Part shown: positions 38,275-46,014 of the stretch, piece after piece
How positions within the stretch are numbered: position 1 is the first letter of the stretch
Layout of the letters: each line of letters starts with the position of its first letter
Source of the DNA: Elusimicrobiota bacterium
GTDB lineage: Bacteria > Elusimicrobiota > Elusimicrobia > Elusimicrobiales > UBA9959
NCBI GenBank assembly: GCA_003482905.1
Contig: DMXM01000003.1
Location: forward strand, 5,285-69,284
DNA: 64,000 bases
Reading direction: 5' to 3'
Position numbers and translations under genes: made by a program
Notes under the pieces: generated by a model
Databases searched by the model: none
The model's input: only the letters and a program-made list of their open reading frames with translations
Told to the model about the DNA's origin: nothing

Positions 38275-39201
38275 TTACGGCACCTGCCGCAGTTTCAGGG
38301 GAACGCCTTTAGGGATAACCGCGGCCGAATAAAAATCATGCTGGTCGCCGCCGGCGGCCATGGCCAGCGGGTCCACCCGGTAGTCCAGCCGCAGTTCCTT
38401 GCCGGTTCTCTCCACCCCGGTTATTTTAAATATCCCGTTCGGCAGTTCCGACACGGAGACCAGCACCACTACCGAGTAGCGCGAGAAATCCGGGCTGGCG
38501 AACGGGGACGCCGCCGGCGTCCCGCCGGAACCGGCCGCCAAAGCCGGACGGCACTTGCGTGAAGCGGTGAAAGCCCGCCAGGTCTCCGAGCTCTTGAAAA
38601 TTTTATAATCCACCGGCGCGTTAAGCAGCGTGACGCCCTCCCGCCCGGGCTGGCGGCCCAGTTCGGGCATGGAGGCGGCGGGCCTGCGGACCTCTTTGCC
38701 GGCCACGCCCTCCACCGTTATCTTCTTGTCGAGGTCCGAATCCTTTATGGCTACGGGAGCGGGTTTGCTCTTGTCCCCGCCGCTCATCTCGCTGAGCACC
38801 GACATCAGGTCTTTGGGCGCCTCCGCCACTCCGTCGAAAGACATTTCCTTGACCAGCATTATCGCTCCGTCCGTCTTTACCGCAGACGTAGAGAGCCCCG
38901 GCCTGTAGGAGGGGATCATGGAGCCTCTGGCCACCCCGCCGTATTGCGCGGCCGCCAGGGCTTCCTGCGCCAAAGCCGACGCGCCAGGCTCTTTTTTCCC
39001 GGCCGCCTCCTGACCCGGCAGGTCCAGGCGCGCCCCGGCCAGGCTGCCGAAATAGTTCACCAGCATCAGCAGGGAGAAAACGACGATAAGCCCCGAAAAG
39101 ATATAGATAAGCGTGCGCAGGAACTTGGTATCCATAAAGCGATTGTACAAAACTTGCGCTGTCCGTTCCGCGGAGGACGGACGGGACAACATCTCTTTCA
39201 A
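38275..39201 (-). CDS. membrane-anchored hypothetical protein
   Basis: One N-terminal TM helix (LIYIFSGLIVVFSLLMLV) and an ordinary composition. The C-terminal beta-rich domain is weakly reminiscent of PrcB-like domains. No firm motif. Confidence 0.5.
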   Translation of the reverse strand: MKEMLSRPSSAERTAQVLYNRFMDTKFLRTLIYIFSGLIVVFSLLMLVNYFGSLAGARLDLPGQEAAGKKEPGASALAQEALAAAQYGGVARGSMIPSYRPGLSTSAVKTDGAIMLVKEMSFDGVAEAPKDLMSVLSEMSGGDKSKPAPVAIKDSDLDKKITVEGVAGKEVRRPAASMPELGRQPGREGVTLLNAPVDYKIFKSSETWRAFTASRKCRPALAAGSGGTPAASPFASPDFSRYSVVVLVSVSELPNGIFKITGVERTGKELRLDYRVDPLAMAAGGDQHDFYSAAVIPKGVPLKLRQVP

Positions 39202-39312
39202 TAGTTTTGAAACTTTTTTGTAACAGGGTTCGGGTAGAATTTATATAGATTAATAAAAGCATAATTCCTTTTTTAGTCCGGGAAGGTTCCCGGGCGCAAC
39301 GGAGAGAGCGCT

Positions 39313-41007
39313 ATGAAATATTGGGCATATGTCAGTAACGAAATACTCGGCCCTTTTGAAAAAGAAAAACTCCTGGAGCTTCCGTCTTTTTCCCCGTCGC
39401 TGCTTATATGCCCGCAGACGCCGGTAGGGGAAAAGACCGAGGACTGGAAAGAAGCCTCCGCCTACCCGGAACTGTCGGCGCTTATAGGCCCCGCGGCCGA
39501 AGGCGCGCTGAAATATTCAGCGCCCCCGGCGCCGGCCGCCCCGGCCCCCGCGAGCGAGCCCAGGCCCGAGCCCGCCCAACCCGCGGCGGCGCTTAAGCCG
39601 CTTACGGCCTCTTCCGTAGAGCCCGTAGCCCCGGCGGACCATAACATTGGCGGCGGCAACATTCAGAGCAACCGCTTGGGGAAGGCGCAAGCCGAACCCT
39701 CCCCTTCGCGGGAAGCGTCGGCGCGGACCGAGCGGCTGACCGCGGCCGGCTTCGAACCCGCTTCTGTTTCTCTGCCTGGCGGCGGGGCGGATAACACTTT
39801 CGGACAGGGGACCCCGCCCGCGGCCGGCGCCGCTCCCGGGGCTTTCGAAAGAACTGAACCGGCCTTCACGCCGGGCGCTGCGCCGGAACTTGAAAATTTT
39901 TCCAGGCCGGCTTTTTTCGCGGCCCCGGCAGAGCCCGCTCCCGCGGCGGCCGCTCCGTCAAGCGACGCCCTTGCGGCCAAGCTCGACTCCCTTGCCGGCA
40001 ATGCCGTCAGCAAGCAGGACCTTTCCATGGCGCTGGACCCGCTTCGCCTGAAACTTGACCAGATGGGCGAGGTAATTTCCTCTATAAAGAACCAGCAGTT
40101 CCAGCGCGACATAATGGATAAGCTGGCTTATCTTGAAAACTCGATCGGCGACATAAAAGCCGCCATGAAGACCGGCGCGGCCGCCGCCGTGCGCCCGCAG
40201 GCCGAGACGACAGCCTCCATAGCGCCGGCCCAGGCCAAAGAACCCAGCGGAAGGACCATTTTTACGCCCCCCCAGGCCAAAGGCGCCATAGTCGATACCG
40301 GGACCAGGAGATTCGATATCGGGTCCATTTTCAGGAAGCTGACGCGCCTTATATTAACCCTCGCCCTCCTTGCGGCGGTGGTCCTTGGCGGGATTGTCAG
40401 CCTTAAGAATCTCGGAGTCTTCGACGCCACCACGTTCATCCCCTTTCCCCTGCCCTTCGTTAAGAGCGCGCCGCCCCCCCAGCCCGCGGCCGAGCCTCAA
40501 CCCGCGCCGCAGGCCCCGGTTCCCCAGCCGGAGGAACAGGCCCGGCAGCCCAAAGCCCCTGACCTGTCCCCCGAAATAATATATTTCACCCGCACCTACA
40601 AGGCCGGACCATCGGGGCCGTCCCTGGAGGATAAGATAGCGGAGAACTCCGCTGCGGCGGGCGGGGACTACGCCAATGTCAACTGGCAGTTAAAACCGGG
40701 ACCGGAAGGAGTTTTTGAGATAGCCGGAGTGGTGCCGGCAAAGGCGGGTCCGCTGACCTTCACCTATGTCGTGGATTACGGCAAAAAGACCATCCTCCCC
40801 GGCGACGAGCGGGGGAAGGCGGCCTTCGACGCGCTGACGGCCAGGCCTCCCGCCAGGGCACGGGCCGCGGCCAGGGCCAGGAAAGCCGCTGCCCAGCCCA
40901 GGCAAAGAGCCCAGGCAAGGAAACCGGCGGCGGCGCCAAAACAGACGGAATCTAAAGAGGACGAATATGAGTACGTCTACGAGGAGGACGACGGCACCGG
41001 CCAGTAA
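39313..41007 (+). CDS. GYF_2-like domain protein with a P/A-rich linker, one TM helix and a basic/acidic tail
   Basis: The N-terminus MKYWAYVSNEILGPFEKEKLLEL...EDWKEASAYPEL fits the GYF_2 (DUF4339) pattern. TM helix LILTLALLAAVVLGGIV. A GGAGAG Shine-Dalgarno precedes the ATG. Confidence 0.6.
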   Translation: MKYWAYVSNEILGPFEKEKLLELPSFSPSLLICPQTPVGEKTEDWKEASAYPELSALIGPAAEGALKYSAPPAPAAPAPASEPRPEPAQPAAALKPLTASSVEPVAPADHNIGGGNIQSNRLGKAQAEPSPSREASARTERLTAAGFEPASVSLPGGGADNTFGQGTPPAAGAAPGAFERTEPAFTPGAAPELENFSRPAFFAAPAEPAPAAAAPSSDALAAKLDSLAGNAVSKQDLSMALDPLRLKLDQMGEVISSIKNQQFQRDIMDKLAYLENSIGDIKAAMKTGAAAAVRPQAETTASIAPAQAKEPSGRTIFTPPQAKGAIVDTGTRRFDIGSIFRKLTRLILTLALLAAVVLGGIVSLKNLGVFDATTFIPFPLPFVKSAPPPQPAAEPQPAPQAPVPQPEEQARQPKAPDLSPEIIYFTRTYKAGPSGPSLEDKIAENSAAAGGDYANVNWQLKPGPEGVFEIAGVVPAKAGPLTFTYVVDYGKKTILPGDERGKAAFDALTARPPARARAAARARKAAAQPRQRAQARKPAAAPKQTESKEDEYEYVYEEDDGTGQ

Positions 41008-41034
41008 GCGGACAACGCGGTCGTTCAATGCCGC

Positions 41035-42114
41035 CTATTTTCTTGAAGTTACCAGGCGCCGGCGGGAAGCCATCGAGCGGACGGCGATATTTACCAGTTC
41101 TTTCAGCACTTTTTCCGGCTTAAGGCCGGTCTTCCCCCAAAGGCGGGGGTAAAGGCTGTGCGAGGTAAAGCCGGGCAGGGTGTTTATTTCGCAGAAATAT
41201 ACTTTGCGCTCGTCCTTCGGGTCAACTAAGAAATCCACGCGGGCCATGCCTGTCCCGCCCAACGCCAGAAAGATCTTCACGGTCAGCGCCCTTATTTTCG
41301 AGGAGGCGGCGGCGGAAAGCGGCGCGGGCAGCAGAAAATCCATGCCGTCGTCGTCGAGATACTTGGCCTCGTAGTCGAAGAATTCATGCTTCCCCTTGGG
41401 AACTACCTCCCCGGTCACGCTGGCCTTGGCCCCCGCCGGGGAGCCTAATACGCCGCAGACTATTTCACGCGCGCGGTCCACTCCCTTTTCTATCAGAACG
41501 GCCGTGTCGAAACGGAACGCGGCGGCCACCGCGGGGCGCAGCCCGGCGGCGCTCTTAACCTTGGAAACCCCTACCGACGATCCCTGGGCCACCGGCTTTA
41601 CAAAAAGCGGAAACCCCAGCTTCGCGGCCTCCTTAAGCAGCGGCCCCATAGCGCCGCGCTGATGCGCGCGGATCACCACATGCGGCAGTACCGGCACACC
41701 GTCCAGGGCCGCAAGCTCTTTCGAGATCACCTTGTCCATGCCCACCGCGGAGGCCGTTACGCCGCTGCCGGTGTAAGGAACGCCAAGCAGCTCGAGCAAC
41801 CCCTGCAGCGCGCCGTCCTCGCCGGTAGAACCGTGAATTATTGGAAAAAGCGCGTCAAGCCCGACGCGCCCGCCGTTCTTTTTGACGAATCCGCCGGACG
41901 CGAAGGACGGCTCGATCAGCGGCCCCGAAAGGCGGCGGCCGCCCAGCAGGTCCTTAAGCGCCACAAGTCGCCAGCCCCCTGAGCGCGGGGCATAGAGGGG
42001 CTGCGCCCTGAACCCGGCCTTCTCGAGGCCAGCGCATACGGTTTTAGCGGACTCTATAGAAACCTCGTGCTCCGGCGATCTGCCGCCGAAAATAACGCCT
42101 ATTTTTTTCTTCAT
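41035..42114 (-). CDS. ddl: D-alanine--D-alanine ligase
   Basis: IGVIFGGRSPEHEVSIESA...IHGSTGEDGALQGLLE...ATP-grasp...EINTLPGFT. Confidence 0.95.
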   Translation of the reverse strand: MKKKIGVIFGGRSPEHEVSIESAKTVCAGLEKAGFRAQPLYAPRSGGWRLVALKDLLGGRRLSGPLIEPSFASGGFVKKNGGRVGLDALFPIIHGSTGEDGALQGLLELLGVPYTGSGVTASAVGMDKVISKELAALDGVPVLPHVVIRAHQRGAMGPLLKEAAKLGFPLFVKPVAQGSSVGVSKVKSAAGLRPAVAAAFRFDTAVLIEKGVDRAREIVCGVLGSPAGAKASVTGEVVPKGKHEFFDYEAKYLDDDGMDFLLPAPLSAAASSKIRALTVKIFLALGGTGMARVDFLVDPKDERKVYFCEINTLPGFTSHSLYPRLWGKTGLKPEKVLKELVNIAVRSMASRRRLVTSRK

Positions 42115-42140
42115 AAAAGCTCCTTAAAATTATTCGCGCT

Positions 42141-43214
42141 TCACTGTGCCGGCTTTACGGGCCATATTATCCCCCCGCCCAGGACCCGGTCCCCGCCGTA
42201 AAAAACAGCCGACTGCCCCGGCGCCACCGCAAACTGCGGTTCCGCCAGGCGCACCAGGGCTCCGCCGCCCGCCTCGGGAATAACCAGGCATGGGGCCGGC
42301 TTGTGCCTGTAGCGTATCTGGACGGCGGACTTGAATTCCCCCGCCGGCGGCGGAACAAGCCAGTTGATGTCGCGCATGGCGAAAACCGGACTATGCGCGG
42401 CCTCCAGCGGCCCCAGCACCACCTCGTTGGTTTCTGGCCTTATTTCGGTCACATAAAGCCTGGCCCCGCCGTAAACCCCGGTGCCGCGGCGCTGGCCCAC
42501 GGTGAAATTATAAAATCCGTTATGCCTGCCTATGCGTTTACCCGAAGCGTCAAGTATATAGCCGGGCCTGGGTTTTATCCCCGCCGTCCTTTTAAGATAC
42601 AGGTCGTAGTTCCCTTCCGTCACAAAACATATATCGTTGGATTCCGGAGCAGCGGCGGTGGGCAGAGAGAAGTCCGCGGCCAGGCGGCGCACCTCTTTTT
42701 TTGTCAGGCCGCCCAGCGGGAACAGCAGCCTGTCCAACTGGGCTTTCCCCAGGCAATACAGGAAATAACTCTGGTCCTTCAGCGGATCAACGCCGCGGTA
42801 AAGGCCATACTCCCCTCTTTCTTCTTTAATTACCGCGTAATGGCCGGTGGCCAGGTAGTCCGCCCCCATGGAGCGGGCCAGGTCGAAAAGGTAGGAAAAC
42901 TTCAGATGGCGGTTGCACTCCACGCAAGGGTTGGGGGTGGAGCCGGCCAGATAGCCGCTGACGAAATCGTCTATGACGGTTTTAGAAAAAAGCTCCTGGG
43001 CGCTCTTGAAGTAATGGCGTATGCCTATGGCCTGCGCCGAGGCGCGCGCCGAGGCCGCGCTGTCGGCGCCGCCGCAGCACTTTACGGCGTCCTTGCGCTC
43101 GGCGAAAAGCCGCAGGGTTACGCCCACCACCTCGTAGCCCTCTTTTTTAAGCAGGGCCGCGGTGACGGAGGAGTCGACGCCTCCCGACATGGCAACCACG
43201 ACTTTTTTCTTCAT
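42141..43214 (-). CDS. mnmA: tRNA 2-thiouridine(34) synthase
   Basis: PP-loop VVVAMSGGVDSSV, NPCVECNRHLKF and KDQSYFL. Confidence 0.95.
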   Translation of the reverse strand: MKKKVVVAMSGGVDSSVTAALLKKEGYEVVGVTLRLFAERKDAVKCCGGADSAASARASAQAIGIRHYFKSAQELFSKTVIDDFVSGYLAGSTPNPCVECNRHLKFSYLFDLARSMGADYLATGHYAVIKEERGEYGLYRGVDPLKDQSYFLYCLGKAQLDRLLFPLGGLTKKEVRRLAADFSLPTAAAPESNDICFVTEGNYDLYLKRTAGIKPRPGYILDASGKRIGRHNGFYNFTVGQRRGTGVYGGARLYVTEIRPETNEVVLGPLEAAHSPVFAMRDINWLVPPPAGEFKSAVQIRYRHKPAPCLVIPEAGGGALVRLAEPQFAVAPGQSAVFYGGDRVLGGGIIWPVKPAQ

Positions 43215-43234
43215 AGGCAGGCTACTATTCTATT

Positions 43235-43261
43235 AAAAAAGAGGGCCTAAGGCCCTCTTTT
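43235..43261 (-). terminator. rho-independent terminator closing the stator/lipoprotein operon
   Basis: The minus strand reads AGAGGGCCttaGGCCCTCTTTTTTAA, 30 nt after the stop at 43291. Confidence 0.65.
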
Positions 43262-43290
43262 CTCTGACGACGTTCAACCCCAACTGGATC

Positions 43291-44052
43291 TTACTGGCCG
43301 AAATCGAAGCCCTTGAACAGGTCTTCTTCGGCCTTATTCGCCCCGGCGGGTGCCGCCTGCCCGGCCTGGGGGAGCGCGGCCGGTTCCGGGCCCCTGGACC
43401 CGGGCAGGGCCTGCATGCGGCCGCGGCCCTCGCCCACCGGCTGCACTATGATCTTGCGCACGCCTTCGGCGAAGGCCAGGAAGCCGGTTTCCATGTTATA
43501 GTAAAGCCTGAAAGGGGATTCCTTCTGCTGCGGCTCATAAGCCTTGCCCAGGTTCATCTTCTGCTGGTCCCAGCCCGGGTTGTACACCAGCTTGCCGCGC
43601 ACGTCCACTTCTTTGTCCACCACTGGCAGGGAGAAATGTATCTTGTAGAGCCCCATCGTGTCGCTTATGCCCGGCGCGAAGGAAAGGTTGATAACGGCGC
43701 CCGCGCTCTCCTCGACTCCGGCGTACTCGTCGGTACCGCCTCCCGCGCTGGTCTTGGATTTGCCGGCCTCGGGCTGTATCTTTATGGTGACCCCTTCTAT
43801 GGGGTTGCCCTGGTAGTCGGTTATTATCCCCTGTATATTGCCGTCCAGGAACATCCCCATTTTTGTGGTGGAGAAGAACAGGAAATCCCTTTTTCCGGTG
43901 ACCTTCTTGGTAAGCGACAGGTCGCCGACCCGCTGGTCGGTGAAGTCCACCACTTTCAGGCTCTTGAACCCGCCGCAGCCGGCGAAAGCCGTCGCCAGCG
44001 TAAAAAGCAGGGCCGATCTTAAACCGATCTTTATTTTTTTCATGTATTTCAC
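43291..44052 (-). CDS. lipoprotein with a carboxypeptidase-regulatory-like beta-sandwich segment
   Basis: Lipobox LATAFAGCGG. IQGIITDYQGNPIEGVTIKI resembles CarboxypepD_reg. It lies 14 nt downstream of motB. Confidence 0.6.
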   Translation of the reverse strand: MKYMKKIKIGLRSALLFTLATAFAGCGGFKSLKVVDFTDQRVGDLSLTKKVTGKRDFLFFSTTKMGMFLDGNIQGIITDYQGNPIEGVTIKIQPEAGKSKTSAGGGTDEYAGVEESAGAVINLSFAPGISDTMGLYKIHFSLPVVDKEVDVRGKLVYNPGWDQQKMNLGKAYEPQQKESPFRLYYNMETGFLAFAEGVRKIIVQPVGEGRGRMQALPGSRGPEPAALPQAGQAAPAGANKAEEDLFKGFDFGQ

Positions 44053-44066
44053 CGTTGTCCGGGCCC

Positions 44067-44864
44067 TTACAGGCCTTCTTCCTCGGGGGCGGCTTCAGCC
44101 GGCTGCTCACCGGCAGGAGCGGTTTCAAAAGCCTGGTCCTGGACCGGGACGCCTTCGGGAGACGCCGGCTCCATAGTAGCGTCGGGGGCCGGGGGAGGCG
44201 GAACGGCGTTGGCGGCCGCGGCCGGCGGGCCGGTTACGGGAGCTTCCGGGTAAGGGTTGTTCTTTATGAAGAAGACCACCCTGCGGTTCTTCTTCCTGTT
44301 CAGTTCGCTGTCGTTGGGCACTATGGGGTGATTCTCGCCGTAGCCTACGGCGGCCAGGTGCTTGGGATTAAAATTGGAGCCCAGCAGGTACTTGACCACG
44401 CTGGTGGCGCGCGCCGAGGAGAGTTCCCAGTTGGAGGCGTACTGCCTGGTGGCTATGGGGACATTGTCGGTATGTCCCTCCACTATGATATCGTGCCTCT
44501 CGGAAAGTTTGCGGAGCACCGGGGCCAGCTTGGCCATCTGCACCTGCATCTGGTCGGTCAGGTCGGCCTTGCCGCTCTCGAAAAAAGCGATCTGGCTCTG
44601 CTCTTCTAGGGTAATGCGCATGCCCTCCTTATCCATGGCCACCTGCCCGGCCATCTTGCCCTCTTTTATCATCTCCTGCACGTCGGCCTGGGCCTTCTGC
44701 ATATCCTTGTTGAGGGCGGCGCTGAGGGCGTAGAGGATGACGAAAAAGCAGACCAGTTCCGTCATCAGGTCGGCGTAATTGACCATCCACGGCGGCGCCG
44801 GGTGGCCTATCTGGGCCACCCTGGAGTCATCCTCCGGGATCATCCCTCTGACTTTTAAAGCCAT
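44067..44864 (-). CDS. motB: MotB-type stator protein (OmpA-like peptidoglycan-binding C-terminus)
   Basis: Plug/TM region PPWMVNYADLMTELVCFFVILYAL with the conserved channel Asp. OmpA-like region VEGHTDNVP...NWELSSARATSV...NRRVVFFI. P/A/E-rich tail. Confidence 0.85.
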   Translation of the reverse strand: MALKVRGMIPEDDSRVAQIGHPAPPWMVNYADLMTELVCFFVILYALSAALNKDMQKAQADVQEMIKEGKMAGQVAMDKEGMRITLEEQSQIAFFESGKADLTDQMQVQMAKLAPVLRKLSERHDIIVEGHTDNVPIATRQYASNWELSSARATSVVKYLLGSNFNPKHLAAVGYGENHPIVPNDSELNRKKNRRVVFFIKNNPYPEAPVTGPPAAAANAVPPPPAPDATMEPASPEGVPVQDQAFETAPAGEQPAEAAPEEEGL

Positions 44865-44867
44865 AGA

Positions 44868-45653
44868 TTAAGCGGCGGCCTCTTTCTTAACGGTCTTGCG
44901 TTTTTCCGGCTCCAGGTAGGCCTTCAGATTGGCTTCCACCACGCTCGGGGTGGCGCCGCTCTGCAGCAGCAGCACGCCGCGGATCACGATCTCTTTGACG
45001 AAGAGCTCTTCCTCGGAGCGGTGCTTCAGCTTGCCGGCCATGGGCAGAAACAGCCAGTAGCCGGACCCCAGGCCGTAGAAAGCCGCGGCCAGCGCCAGGG
45101 CCATGCGGCGCGGCACCTGGGCCACATCGTCGATGGAGGATAGCATCAGGATCATGCCCAGCACGGTGCCGATGATGCCGAAAGCGGGGGCGTAAGTTCC
45201 CAGCGCGTTGAAGATCTCGCGGCCGGCCTTATGGCGCTCGCGGATAAAGTCCAGTTCGGTCTCGAGCATGTTGCGGATAAATTCATGGTCGGCGCCGTCT
45301 ATGACCAGCTGCACGCCGCGCTTGAGGAAATCGTTGTCGATGGCCTTGGCGTCGGTTTCAAGGGCCAGGAAACCCTCTTTCTTGGCCTTCTGGGAGAGCG
45401 CCACAAAAGTGGAGACCAGTTTGGAGGTATCCTCGCCTTTGGAGGTCATGACTTTTTTAAGGACCTTGGTCACGCCTATCACGGAGGAAAGCGGGAAGTT
45501 GACGAGCAGCGCGCAGAAGGTGCCGCCGATGACCACCAGGAAGGCTTCGACATTAAGGAATGGCTTGAAGCCTGCGATGCCTTCGCCCAGGTAAACGGAC
45601 GCGATCACGAAACCAAAAAAGACTATTATGCCGGTGAATGTTGCTATATCCAT
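44868..45653 (-). CDS. motA: MotA/PomA-type stator protein
   Basis: 261 aa, four TM helices with a large cytoplasmic loop. C-terminal YAPAFGIIGTVLGMI...ALAAAFYGLGSGYWLFLPMAGKL, typical of the MotA/TolQ/ExbB channel family. Confidence 0.9.
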   Translation of the reverse strand: MDIATFTGIIVFFGFVIASVYLGEGIAGFKPFLNVEAFLVVIGGTFCALLVNFPLSSVIGVTKVLKKVMTSKGEDTSKLVSTFVALSQKAKKEGFLALETDAKAIDNDFLKRGVQLVIDGADHEFIRNMLETELDFIRERHKAGREIFNALGTYAPAFGIIGTVLGMILMLSSIDDVAQVPRRMALALAAAFYGLGSGYWLFLPMAGKLKHRSEEELFVKEIVIRGVLLLQSGATPSVVEANLKAYLEPEKRKTVKKEAAA

Positions 45654-45677
45654 AATTTAGCTCCAAGGTCTGCGCGG

Positions 45678-45902
45678 CTACTTCTTCTCGAATCCCTCTA
45701 TGGGGTTCACGCATTTCCGCTCCGCGTAAACCTGTTTCTTATATTCCACCACCTTGGCTATCACCGATTCTACGGAGTCTTTAACTATAAACCTGTTGCC
45801 GGTGGCCAGGTTCAACACGGTATCGGGGGCGGCCTCGACGCTTTCTATAAGTTCGGCGTTCACCACCACGAGCGACCCGTTGAGTTTTTCAAGCTTTATC
45901 AT
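45678..45902 (-). CDS. flbD: FlbD-like flagellar protein (74 aa)
   Basis: MIKLEKLNGSLVVVNAELIESVEAAPDTVLNLATGNRFIVKDSVESVIAKVVEYKK matches the FlbD pattern. It lies directly upstream of motA, as in spirochaete and Bacillus flbD-motA-motB operons. The longer 193-aa track ORF is rejected. Confidence 0.75.
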   Translation of the reverse strand: MIKLEKLNGSLVVVNAELIESVEAAPDTVLNLATGNRFIVKDSVESVIAKVVEYKKQVYAERKCVNPIEGFEKK

Positions 45903-45909
45903 TTGAGTA

Positions 45910-45915
45910 ATTATA
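45910..45915 (-). promoter_or_regulatory. -10 box TATAAT, 7 nt upstream of the flbD ATG (leaderless-type arrangement)
   Basis: The minus strand reads ctATTAGTATAATTActcaaATG. The 13-mer ATTAGTATAATTA is identical to the one at 2424-2436. Confidence 0.5.
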
Positions 45916-46014
45916 CTAATAGTAGGTGATAGGCGGTAGGGGATGGGGTATAGGTTATAGGGCGCGGGGATCAGGACGCTCCGTCCACGCAATCCGCAAC
46001 CTGCCACCCACCGC

